From assembly GCA_033722575.1 (NCBI GenBank), contig JAWVYU010000001.1, positions 1 to 59,722 on the forward strand: 59,722 bases of DNA. Direction: 5' to 3'. Shown here piece by piece: positions 46,757-55,799 of this stretch (position 1 is the first letter of the stretch; each line of letters opens with the position of its first letter). The notes beneath the pieces are model-generated. The model was not told where the DNA came from. It made no database searches and saw nothing but the letters and a program-made list of their open reading frames with translations. The position numbers and the translations under genes were made by a program. The stretch comes from Ketobacteraceae bacterium (GTDB taxonomy: Bacteria; Pseudomonadota; Gammaproteobacteria; Pseudomonadales; Ketobacteraceae).

Positions 46757-49030
46757 ATGGTAGACAATATTGCACAATACCTTGTAGACAAGCGAAAGCT
46801 GCTGTTCTGGGTTTCCCTGCTGGTTGTAACACTGATTGCAGTGGGTGCAAAAAATATCTGGATACAGAGCGATTACAAGGCCTTTTTCTCGGACACTAAC
46901 CCGCAACTGCTGGCCCATCGTAATATTCAGGATACCTACACCGATACGGATAACCTGTTGTTTATTGTTGATGCCAAAGGCCAGTCCGTATTTTCAGAGC
47001 AAGGCCTGGACCTGGTGGGGGACATCACGGAAAAAGCCTGGACAACGCCCTACTCATTGCGGGTGGATTCGGTAACCAATTACCAGTACAGCTATGGCGA
47101 TGAAGACGAGCTGATAGTGGAAGCGCTGCTGGACATTGGTGGCGGTGATAATCCGGACTATCAGAAAATCAGAAACATCGCCCTGAGTGAACCCCTGCTG
47201 AGAAACAATCTGATATCGCCGGATGGCACGGTCACCGCAGTTAATGTGATGCTGGGGCTGCCGGACCCTGCGGACATGGCAGTGCGGGAAGTGGTTGCCT
47301 ACGGCCGCGATATCGTCAGCTCTCTCGAAGAGAAGTACCCCGGATTTGATATTTATCTGCAGGGTACTGCTGCAGTGAACCATGCGTTCATTGAATCCTC
47401 GGAAAAAGACGCCATGACCCTTATGCCGGTGATGTTCATGGTGATTCTGATTATCCTGGTACTCTGGTTGCGTTCGGTAAAGGGCACGTTGATCACCTTG
47501 CTGGTCATTAATTTAAGCTCCGCAGTGGCGGTGGGTTTTTGTGGCTGGCTGAATATTGCCATCAACCAGATTAATGTCATTGCCCCCACGGTGATAATGA
47601 CGCTGGCTATTTGCGACTGCGTTCACCTGCTGGTGTCCTATTTTGAAAGGCTCAGTCACGGCATGGAACCGGAAGCGGCCATGAAGGAAAGCCTGACTGC
47701 CAACCTCCAGCCGGTGTTTCTGACCAGCTTTACTACCGCCATCGGTTTTCTTTGCATCAATTTCAGTGAGTCACCGCCACTGGCGGAAATGGGAACCATC
47801 ACGGCCGTTGGTGTCATTGCCGCGTTCTGGCTGTCGGTAGCGCTGATTCCGTTCCTGGGAATCAGGTTTATCAAAGGGTCCAACGGGGTTAACCCGGCCG
47901 CTTCAAAAGTGGTTACTGCCTTTTCCGGTTTTCTGTTGCGGCATAAAAACCCCGTGTTCTGGGTAACGCTGCTGGTTTCCGCTTTGCTGGTAACTTTCCT
48001 GTTCAGAAATGATATCGATGATAACTACATCAAGTATTTCAGCCACGATACGGAAATCAGGCAGGCTGCGCAGTTTACCCAGGATAACCTGACTGGTATT
48101 GATACCCTGGCGTTTTCGTTCTCCAGTGGCAAGGAGAATGGGATTGCCAATCCGGAGTTTCTTGAAGCGGTGCAGGCTTTCGTAACCTGGGCCCAAGCCC
48201 AGCCGGAAGTGGTGCATGTGGACAGCTACATTGACATACTGAAGCGCCTGAACAAGATCATGCACGGTGACCAGGCCGAATGGTACCGGATTCCGGATGA
48301 GCGGGAGCTGGCATCACAGTATACCCTGCTGTATGAATTATCCCTGCCGTTCGGGCTGGACCTCAACAATCAGATCAGTTTCGATAAATCCTCACTGCTG
48401 GTTAATCTGCGGCTGAAAGTGGATAAAGCCAAGGAGATCATTGCACTTGATGAGCGTGCTGGGGAATGGCTGAAAACGAACTATCCGGAGATACATACCA
48501 ACGGAGCGAGCGTTTCGCTGATGTTTGCCCATCTGGGCAAGAGCAATATTTCCAATATGATGTACGGCAATGTGGTGGGTATTCTGCTGATCAGCCTGAC
48601 GCTGATGCTGGCCCTGCGCTCTTTCAAATATGGGCTGATCAGCCTGTTGCCCAATGCCATGCCTGCCGCCGTTGCCCTGGGATTGTGGGGTATCTTTGTG
48701 GCAGAAGTGAATATTGCGGTGGCAGTGGTGTTCTCCGTTACCCTGGGTATTGTGGTGGACGATACCGTGCACTTTCTCTCCAAATATATCAAGGCACGCC
48801 GGGATCTGGGCAAGTCTTCCGAAGAGTCGGTGGTCTATGCCTTTGAACAGGTGGGCAAGGCGCTGGTGATTACATCCGTGGTACTGGCCATCGGCTTCTT
48901 TGTGCTGGCGCTGTCAGACTTTACCGTGAACAGCTCAATGGGCCTGATGGTGGGTGTCACCATTATTGTTGCCCTGCTGTTTGATTTCCTGTTTTTACCG
49001 ACATTGCTGATGAAAGTGGATCGAAAATAG
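46757..49030 (+). CDS. RND-superfamily exporter, COG1033/MMPL (HpnN-like) type
   Basis: 757 aa from the ATG at 46757, one nt after the LolA-like stop. Two blocks of about 6 TM helices each follow a periplasmic domain. Conserved LGIVVDDTVHF in the last TM bundle. Confidence 0.8.
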   Translation: MVDNIAQYLVDKRKLLFWVSLLVVTLIAVGAKNIWIQSDYKAFFSDTNPQLLAHRNIQDTYTDTDNLLFIVDAKGQSVFSEQGLDLVGDITEKAWTTPYSLRVDSVTNYQYSYGDEDELIVEALLDIGGGDNPDYQKIRNIALSEPLLRNNLISPDGTVTAVNVMLGLPDPADMAVREVVAYGRDIVSSLEEKYPGFDIYLQGTAAVNHAFIESSEKDAMTLMPVMFMVILIILVLWLRSVKGTLITLLVINLSSAVAVGFCGWLNIAINQINVIAPTVIMTLAICDCVHLLVSYFERLSHGMEPEAAMKESLTANLQPVFLTSFTTAIGFLCINFSESPPLAEMGTITAVGVIAAFWLSVALIPFLGIRFIKGSNGVNPAASKVVTAFSGFLLRHKNPVFWVTLLVSALLVTFLFRNDIDDNYIKYFSHDTEIRQAAQFTQDNLTGIDTLAFSFSSGKENGIANPEFLEAVQAFVTWAQAQPEVVHVDSYIDILKRLNKIMHGDQAEWYRIPDERELASQYTLLYELSLPFGLDLNNQISFDKSSLLVNLRLKVDKAKEIIALDERAGEWLKTNYPEIHTNGASVSLMFAHLGKSNISNMMYGNVVGILLISLTLMLALRSFKYGLISLLPNAMPAAVALGLWGIFVAEVNIAVAVVFSVTLGIVVDDTVHFLSKYIKARRDLGKSSEESVVYAFEQVGKALVITSVVLAIGFFVLALSDFTVNSSMGLMVGVTIIVALLFDFLFLPTLLMKVDRK

Positions 49031-51325
49031 ATGTTAGCTTCCCTTGTGGATACGTTGTTTCGGAAAAGAAAGCTGCTGTCTGTGCTGGCAATGCTATTGC
49101 TGGTGGCGGGCAGTGCGTTCCTTGCCAGACTCTCTCTGGATAATCATTTCAGCATTTTTTTTGATGCTCAGGATGTGCGTCTGCAGGAGTACAACAAAAT
49201 CCAGAAGGAATTTGTCAGAACTGACAATGTGCTGGTCGCCATTGCGCCGGCAGAAGGAGAGGTGTTCAATCCGGCATTTGTTACCAGGTTGCGGAGGTTT
49301 ACCGAAGCATCCTGGCAGGTTCCCTTTGTGAAAAGGGTGGACTCCATCACCAATTATCAGCACGTGTTCAGTACCGAGGGGGGCATTACCATTCGCTCAC
49401 TGGCCAGTGGTGATGGGGATAACCTGGATATGGACTTGCTGCGGGAACGAACCCTCAGCGAAAAGGATCTGGTGGGAGCCTTGATAGATCCTCAGGGGCA
49501 GGTAACGGGCGTTAACCTGCTGCTGGATATGCCGAAAGATCCTGCGGCGCCAGCAGACGTGATGTCCGCTGTCCGCCAGCTGATGGATGAGCATTTTTTG
49601 CCGGAAGACCAGGTGCACGTGCATGGTATTGTGGCGCTGAACAATGCGTTCATGGAGGCCACAGAAAGAGACGGCATGACGCTGATGCCCCTGATGTTTC
49701 TGGTGATCAGCGTGCTGCTGATGGTGCTGCTGGGATCGTGGCGTGCCGCAGCGGGTGTGCTGCTGGTGGTGACCCTGGGTTCCTGGTCGGTGGTGGTGGC
49801 CATTGCCGCTTTCGGCTTTGACCTGAACATGGTGAATGTAGTTGCCATCACCATTGTCATGACCCTGGCCGTGGCGGATTGCGTGCACCTGGTGTCCACT
49901 TATCAGGAGGCGCTGAAAGAGGGCATGACGCCGGAAGTGGCTGCCCGTCAAAGCCTGTCTGTCAATTTCGTGCCGGTACTGATCACCAGCCTGACCACCG
50001 CCATTGGTTTTCTGGCGCTGCTGTTCAGCAATTCTCCGCCTATCCGTGAGCTGGGAATCGTTACCGCCACGGGCGTTCTGAGCGTTTTTGTATTCAGCGT
50101 AACCGTGTTCGTGTGGCTATTGCCGGTGATCTCGGTAAAACATAGAGAAGCCCCGGGATTTATGGACCAGTGGATGCACAAGCTGGCAGAAGGGGTACTG
50201 GGCCGCAGGGTTCTGGTGGTGGTCGGGTTTGCGCTGGTATCACCGATATTGGTGTTCCTGGCCTTTACCAATGAAATCAATGACCATGCCAGCCACTATT
50301 TTTCCAAGGATGCGGAGTTTGCAAAGAGTACCGCATTTATTTCCGATCATTTAACGGGCCTGGACACGCTGTCGTTTGAGTTGGCGACAGGTGAAGGCTA
50401 CGGTATTAATGAGGTGGGCTATATTGAAAAACTGTCAGCGTTCGGTGAGTGGCTGGCATCCCAGCCGGAAGTGGTTCATGTGAAATCCTACGTGGAAGTG
50501 CTGAAGCGCATCAATCAATACACCCACGGTGGCGATGCTGATTATTATCGCTTGCCGGACAGTAAAAAGCAGGCGTCACAGTTTTTGTTGCTTTACAGCA
50601 TGTCCACCACGTTCGGCCTCGGAATTGAGGACAGGGTTAATTTCGATCAGAGTGCCACCCGGATTGAGGCGCGTCTGGCGATTGATAATCCCAGGGAAAT
50701 GCTGTCGCTGACACAGAAAGCAGAGGCATGGGTAGAGCAAAACTGGCCGGGTGTGCAGTTGACAAGTTCCAGTGTGCCTAAGCTGTTCGCGGATATCGGT
50801 ATCGAAAATATCCGAAGTATGCTGCAGGGCAATTTCTTTGCGGTGCTGGCCATTGCGCTGTTACTTGTGGTGGCTTTTGGTTCCTGGCGTTTCGGCCTGG
50901 TGAGCGTGCTGCCAAACCTTGTGCCCGCTCTGGTGGCCCTGGGAATCTGGGCTCTCATCAGCGCCAAGATCAACCTGGCGGCCTCCATTGTATTCGCGGT
51001 TACCCTGGGCATTATTGTGGATGACTCCGTGCACTTCATCCATAAATACCTGCTGGCTCTGAGGGGCGGCAGATCACCTGAGGATGCCATCCGTTACGCC
51101 TTTGCCAATGTGGGCAGAGCCCTGGTGGTCACCACTCTGGTCCTTGGCCTTGGCTTTGCCATGCTGGGTTTCTCCGACTTCGCCGTAAACAGCGTTATGG
51201 GCATACTGGTATGCATTACGCTGGTGGTGGCACTGGTGGTGGATTTGCTGTTTTTGCCGCTGGTGTTGTTGTGGCTGGGCAAACGGAAACTGCTTACCGG
51301 GGATAAAATATCTGCCTCATCCTGA
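49031..51325 (+). CDS. RND-superfamily exporter, COG1033/MMPL type (tandem paralogue)
   Basis: 764-aa ORF starting immediately after the previous stop. It is colinear with the upstream exporter (KRKLL..., VDS(V/I)TNYQ, LGI(V/I)VDD(T/S)VHF, LSDF(T/A)VNS). Confidence 0.8.
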   Translation: MLASLVDTLFRKRKLLSVLAMLLLVAGSAFLARLSLDNHFSIFFDAQDVRLQEYNKIQKEFVRTDNVLVAIAPAEGEVFNPAFVTRLRRFTEASWQVPFVKRVDSITNYQHVFSTEGGITIRSLASGDGDNLDMDLLRERTLSEKDLVGALIDPQGQVTGVNLLLDMPKDPAAPADVMSAVRQLMDEHFLPEDQVHVHGIVALNNAFMEATERDGMTLMPLMFLVISVLLMVLLGSWRAAAGVLLVVTLGSWSVVVAIAAFGFDLNMVNVVAITIVMTLAVADCVHLVSTYQEALKEGMTPEVAARQSLSVNFVPVLITSLTTAIGFLALLFSNSPPIRELGIVTATGVLSVFVFSVTVFVWLLPVISVKHREAPGFMDQWMHKLAEGVLGRRVLVVVGFALVSPILVFLAFTNEINDHASHYFSKDAEFAKSTAFISDHLTGLDTLSFELATGEGYGINEVGYIEKLSAFGEWLASQPEVVHVKSYVEVLKRINQYTHGGDADYYRLPDSKKQASQFLLLYSMSTTFGLGIEDRVNFDQSATRIEARLAIDNPREMLSLTQKAEAWVEQNWPGVQLTSSSVPKLFADIGIENIRSMLQGNFFAVLAIALLLVVAFGSWRFGLVSVLPNLVPALVALGIWALISAKINLAASIVFAVTLGIIVDDSVHFIHKYLLALRGGRSPEDAIRYAFANVGRALVVTTLVLGLGFAMLGFSDFAVNSVMGILVCITLVVALVVDLLFLPLVLLWLGKRKLLTGDKISASS

Positions 51326-51379
51326 GGCTTGAAAGAGAAGGTATGAAATCGAAGGGATAAAAGAGTGGGGCAGCAGAAA

Positions 51380-51399
51380 GGGAGGGGAATTCCCCTCCC
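51380..51399. terminator. perfect 20-bp palindrome between the RND gene and sodB
   Basis: GGGAGGGGAATTCCCCTCCC. The flanking T-tracts are poor (CTTTCT on the minus-strand side only). Confidence 0.35.
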
Positions 51400-51416
51400 A
51401 GCGGTATAACGGGGAA

Positions 51417-51998
51417 TCAGCCAAGATTCTTGTTGGCAAAATCCCAGTTCACCAGATTCCAGAAGCCTTCCAGATACTTGGGACGCGCATTGCGGTAGTC
51501 AATGTAGTAGGCGTGTTCCCACAGATCCACAGTCAGCAGAGGCGTTACACCTTCTTCAGTAATCGGCGTGCCCGCGTTGCTGGTGTTCATGATATCCAGT
51601 GAGCCATCAGCTTTCTTTACCAGCCAGGTCCAGCTGGAGCCGAAGTTGTTGACGGCCTTGTCGTTGAATTTTTCCTTGAACGCTTCAAAGGAGCCGAAGG
51701 CAGAGTTGATAGCTTCAGCAACCGCGCCTGTTGGTTCGCCACCACCATTGGGGCTCAGGCTGTTCCAGTAAAAGGTGTGGTTCCAGATTTGTGCAGAGTT
51801 ATTGAATACACCACCGGAAGATGACTTGATGATGTCTTCCAGGCTTTTGCCTTCCATGTCCGTGCCTTCGATCAGGCCATTGAGTTTGGTCACGTAGGTC
51901 GCATGGTGTTTGCCGTGGTGGTAATCCAGGGTTTCTGCTGAGATATGTGGTTCCAGTGCATCTTTAGCATAAGGTAGTTCAGGTAATTCAAAGGCCAT
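51417..51998 (-). CDS. sodB: iron superoxide dismutase
   Basis: 193-aa [38 protein letters not shown] is nearly identical to the E. coli SodB N-terminus. Confidence 0.95.
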   Translation of the reverse strand: MAFELPELPYAKDALEPHISAETLDYHHGKHHATYVTKLNGLIEGTDMEGKSLEDIIKSSSGGVFNNSAQIWNHTFYWNSLSPNGGGEPTGAVAEAINSAFGSFEAFKEKFNDKAVNNFGSSWTWLVKKADGSLDIMNTSNAGTPITEEGVTPLLTVDLWEHAYYIDYRNARPKYLEGFWNLVNWDFANKNLG

Positions 51999-52148
51999 TT
52001 GCGGTCCCCTCTCTCAATTGTGACGCAATTACACGAAAACCTGAGTAAATAACTCAGACTATAGGTAAACCCTAACTTTAACAGATATAACCAACTGATG
52101 TGAAACGCTGTTTCAGATATTGTCGAAGCTGAAAACAACCCGGAAGCA

Positions 52149-53507
52149 TCAGGCGTAGAATGCTGTGGCCAGCCCCAGAAAGGCGAAAAAACCAACAACG
52201 TCTGTCACTGTGGTTAATACGACACCACCCGACAGGGCAGGGTCAATATTCATTCGCTTCAGAATCAGGGGCAGGGATGCCCCGGCGACGGCCGCCACCA
52301 TCAGGTTAATCACCATGGCCGAGGCAATGATGACCCCCAGCCGGTAATCGCTGAACCAGAGGGATGCCACCGCGCCGATCACCACCGACCAGAAAAGGCC
52401 GTTCAGCACGCCTACACCCATTTCCCGGGATAACAGCCAGCTGGCGTTGCTGGGCCCTACGTGCCCCAGGGCCATACCGCGAATTACCACCGTCAGGGTC
52501 TGGCTGCCGGCGATTCCTCCCATACTGGCAACGATGGGCATCAATACGGCCAGCGCCACCACTTTTTCCAGAGTCGCTTCAAAAAGCCCGATGACCCACG
52601 AGGCCAGCAGGGCAGTGAGCAGGTTAATTCCCAGCCAGACGGAGCGCCGGCGGGTTGTTTTCCAAACCGGCGCGAAGGTGTCTTCGTATTCATCCAGACC
52701 GGCCATACTCATCAGGGAGTGGTCTGCGCCTTCACGAATCACGTCCACCACGTCATCAATGGTGATGCGGCCAATAAGGCGGCCTTCATCATCCACCACG
52801 GGGGCGGACACCAGGTCCTGACGCTCAAATATTGTGGCCACGTCGCTGGCGGGCGTGTTTGCCGGGATCGCGGTAACATCGGTCAGCATGGCATCCCGTA
52901 CACTCATGGACGGATCGCTGATCAGCAGTTTTGTGAGGGGAATGACTCCGATAAATTTGTCGGCGCGGTTAACTACCAGTATGGAGTCGGTCATTTCGGG
53001 AAGTGACTGGTGCAGCCGCAGATAACGCAATACCACGTCAAGGCTGATATCAGGCCGTACCGTGACACTCTCGGGGTTCATCAAACCACCGGCCGTGTCC
53101 TCGCCGTAAGAAAGCACTGCCTCGATACGCTGGCGATTCTGGTCGTCCATGGCCTCCAGGATTCGCTCCGTGACTTTTCGGGGCAGCTCCTGGAGCAGGT
53201 CGGCAATATCATCCACTTCAAAGTCTTCGAAAGCGTTGATGATATCCTGGGTATCCCGGTGGCGAAGGAAGTCCGCCGCGATTTCCTCGTTGAGATACTG
53301 GAGGATTTCCCCTTCTTCCTCCTGATCAATCAGCTTCCAGATAATGTTTCTGGAGCGGGGTGGCGATGATTCAATCAGGTGCGCAACTTCCGCGGGCGCC
53401 ATGGCGCGCAGCATGTGACGCACCTCCACAAAGGTGCCTGAATCCAGCGCCTCGTTAAACGCCTGCAGTGTTTGCTGCGCGAGCTGTGAATTGGGATTCT
53501 TTGCCAT
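52149..53507 (-). CDS. mgtE: magnesium transporter MgtE
   Basis: 452-aa ORF with the MgtE N-domain, tandem CBS region and a C-terminal five-TM domain. Confidence 0.9.
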   Translation of the reverse strand: MAKNPNSQLAQQTLQAFNEALDSGTFVEVRHMLRAMAPAEVAHLIESSPPRSRNIIWKLIDQEEEGEILQYLNEEIAADFLRHRDTQDIINAFEDFEVDDIADLLQELPRKVTERILEAMDDQNRQRIEAVLSYGEDTAGGLMNPESVTVRPDISLDVVLRYLRLHQSLPEMTDSILVVNRADKFIGVIPLTKLLISDPSMSVRDAMLTDVTAIPANTPASDVATIFERQDLVSAPVVDDEGRLIGRITIDDVVDVIREGADHSLMSMAGLDEYEDTFAPVWKTTRRRSVWLGINLLTALLASWVIGLFEATLEKVVALAVLMPIVASMGGIAGSQTLTVVIRGMALGHVGPSNASWLLSREMGVGVLNGLFWSVVIGAVASLWFSDYRLGVIIASAMVINLMVAAVAGASLPLILKRMNIDPALSGGVVLTTVTDVVGFFAFLGLATAFYA

Positions 53508-53668
53508 GCTTACGTCTCAATCCTGCTGAAGGGGCACGGGGAACCTGTGGTAATTCTAGCGTTAAAATGCCGATTATGGGCTTTATGGCCGGTAAAATAA
53601 CGAAAAATTCAAACAGTTAGCTCACAAAACAGTTTACCGCTGCTGCCTGTTGTTCTCAACGGGATGTC

Positions 53669-53944
53669 TTATTCGGGCTCGTCAAAGCGGTTGTTGATCA
53701 GCGTGCAGATGGCGTCGAGGGCTTCCTGTTCATCCTCGCCACTGGCTTCAATATCCAGTGTCATGCCTTTGGCAGCGGCCAGCATCAGTATGGACATGAT
53801 GCTTTTGGCATCGGCTTTCTGGCCGGCGGGGTTGGTGACTTCGATACGGGCTTCGTAGCGGCTGGCCGTGGCCACCAGTTTGGAGGCGGCACGGGCATGC
53901 AGGCCAAGTTTATTGATGATTTCTATCTGGGTTCTGACAGCCAT
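53669..53944 (-). CDS. ptsO: HPr-family phosphocarrier NPr
   Basis: 91-aa ORF with the active-site His context NKLGLHARAASKL. Located downstream of rapZ and ptsN. Confidence 0.85.
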   Translation of the reverse strand: MAVRTQIEIINKLGLHARAASKLVATASRYEARIEVTNPAGQKADAKSIMSILMLAAAKGMTLDIEASGEDEQEALDAICTLINNRFDEPE

Positions 53945-53985
53945 TGATTCGTTGGTTTTGTTATTTGGCCCGCAGAGTATGCAGA

Positions 53986-54840
53986 CTATAGTTCCCTGTG
54001 TCTAGCCTGAACGTTTTTGTAGAGCTGCTTGAAATGATCAGTGAGTTGCTCGGCGATATAGACCGACCGGTGCTGGCCGCCAGTGCATCCGATGGCAATG
54101 GTGGTATAGCTGCGGTTGTTTTCCTCGAAGGTGGGCAGCCATTTGGTAAGAAAAGCCTGTATGTCTTCAATCATTTCGATGACTGCGTCATGGGACTTCA
54201 GAAATTCCTGGACCCCGCCATCCAGACCGGTTTGTTGCCGAAGCCCGGAAACCCAGTGGGGATTGGGAAGGGAACGAACATCAAATACGAAATCCGTGTC
54301 TGTGGGAATGCCATGCTTGAACCCGAAAGACTGGAACAGGATGGCCATGCCCTCGGCCTGGTCGCCACCCACCCGTTCTTTCACCAGGTCTCTCAGGCCA
54401 TGGATTGTCAGTTTGCTGGTATCAATATGAAGTGATGCTGAGGTCGATATGGGATCCAGAAGGCGTTTTTCCTCCTGAATCGCTTCACGCAGCGAAATTT
54501 TTTCATTGCTGATGGGGTGCTTGCGCCTGGTCTCGGAAAAGCGCTTTAACAGTGTTGGTTCATCGGCATCCAGAAAAATTACCTGAATGGTATCAACGAT
54601 CTTTTTCAGTTTTTGAAATACTTCGGGAAACTGGCTCAGCTGGTTGGGATGGTTGCGGGCATCAATACCCACGGCTGCACGGGGAACAGCCGTGTCAGCA
54701 GGATTCACCAGTTGGCTCACCAGCTCCGGCAGCAGCGTAACGGGCAGATTGTCTACGCAGTAAAACCCGATATCTTCCAGCACATTGAGTGCCGTTGTTT
54801 TACCGGAACCGGAACGCCCGCTGATAATGATAATGTCCAT
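53986..54840 (-). CDS. rapZ: RNase adapter protein RapZ
   Basis: MDIIIISGRSGSGKTTAL (Walker A) at the preferred ATG at 54840; the tracked ORF extends to 54864. Conserved rpoN-operon position. Confidence 0.9.
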   Translation of the reverse strand: MDIIIISGRSGSGKTTALNVLEDIGFYCVDNLPVTLLPELVSQLVNPADTAVPRAAVGIDARNHPNQLSQFPEVFQKLKKIVDTIQVIFLDADEPTLLKRFSETRRKHPISNEKISLREAIQEEKRLLDPISTSASLHIDTSKLTIHGLRDLVKERVGGDQAEGMAILFQSFGFKHGIPTDTDFVFDVRSLPNPHWVSGLRQQTGLDGGVQEFLKSHDAVIEMIEDIQAFLTKWLPTFEENNRSYTTIAIGCTGGQHRSVYIAEQLTDHFKQLYKNVQARHREL

Positions 54841-54941
54841 AACATGCCCTTTGTCACAAGCCAAAAGCCATTCATGTGTTAACAGAGTAACACAACCAGA
54901 TCGTCATGTAAGAGATGTATTGCACGCCCGTTACTACGGTG

Positions 54942-55400
54942 TTAATGGGACGGGTTTTTTACAAATTCTTCGAAAAAGGCGTTTTTGTCCCGGGCTTCCC
55001 GCAGGGAGTCGCGGACGTTTTCGTCAGAGAAACGCTGGGCGATCTGACTGAGTAACTGAAGGTGTTCTTCGGTGGCCTCTTCCGGCACCAGCAGTACGAA
55101 CATAAGATCCACAGGTTCGTCATCCTGGGCATCAAAATCCACCGGTTCCTGAAGTTTGAACAGCGCACCAATGGTGTGACTGCAGTGTTTGGCACGACAG
55201 TGGGGGATGGCAACGCCCTTGCCAATGGCGGTGCTGCCCAGCCGTTCCCGGGTAATCAGATTATCGAAAAGTTCATTGGCTGTGAATTCGGGAGCCTGCT
55301 GGGCTATCAGCCCAGCAGCATTTTCAAGCACACGCTTTTTGCTGGTGCCTTCAACATCGGTGAAGGTTCGCTCCGGCGTGATAATGTCTGTTACTTCCAT
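54942..55400 (-). CDS. ptsN: nitrogen-related PTS IIA protein
   Basis: 152-aa ORF with the phosphorylation-site context GKGVAIPHCR. Confidence 0.88.
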   Translation of the reverse strand: MEVTDIITPERTFTDVEGTSKKRVLENAAGLIAQQAPEFTANELFDNLITRERLGSTAIGKGVAIPHCRAKHCSHTIGALFKLQEPVDFDAQDDEPVDLMFVLLVPEEATEEHLQLLSQIAQRFSDENVRDSLREARDKNAFFEEFVKNPSH

Positions 55401-55420
55401 GAGAGGAAATCTCTTGAGGT

Positions 55421-55726
55421 TTATCGCGCTGATCCCTGGTTACGACTCTGGTTTTTCTGCTTGTGCTTGATGACCTGGCGATCCAGCTTGTCAGACAGGG
55501 CATCGATGGCAGCGTACATATCTTCGGACTCCGCATTGGCGAACAGGTCTGCACCTTTAACGTGAATAGTGGCTTCTGCAATTTGGCGTGTCTTCTGAAC
55601 ACTGAGGATAGCATTAATGCTGATGATATCGGCGGCGTGTCGCTCCAGTTTAGTCAGTTTTTCAGTGGTGTAGTCTTTCAAGGCGTCAGTTACATCGACA
55701 TGGTGTCCACTGATATTCACTTGCAT
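55421..55726 (-). CDS. hpf: ribosome hibernation promoting factor
   Basis: MQVNISGHHVDVTDALKDY resembles the E. coli HPF N-terminus. The ATG at 55726 is preferred over the tracked start at 55759. Confidence 0.88.
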   Translation of the reverse strand: MQVNISGHHVDVTDALKDYTTEKLTKLERHAADIISINAILSVQKTRQIAEATIHVKGADLFANAESEDMYAAIDALSDKLDRQVIKHKQKNQSRNQGSAR

Positions 55727-55799
55727 AATCCACTCCTTACGTGGTTGTGGTTGAAACAACGACAGGTTTCATCGTTGTGCCCATATCTGTTCTTGTAGT

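Noticed and set aside
53508-53668. Possible Mg2+ riboswitch (M-box) in the mgtE leader.
   Set aside because: I could not recognise the conserved M-box helices or any extended structure in the 161-nt region. The element is mainly known from Firmicutes. An Infernal/Rfam scan would be needed to settle it.
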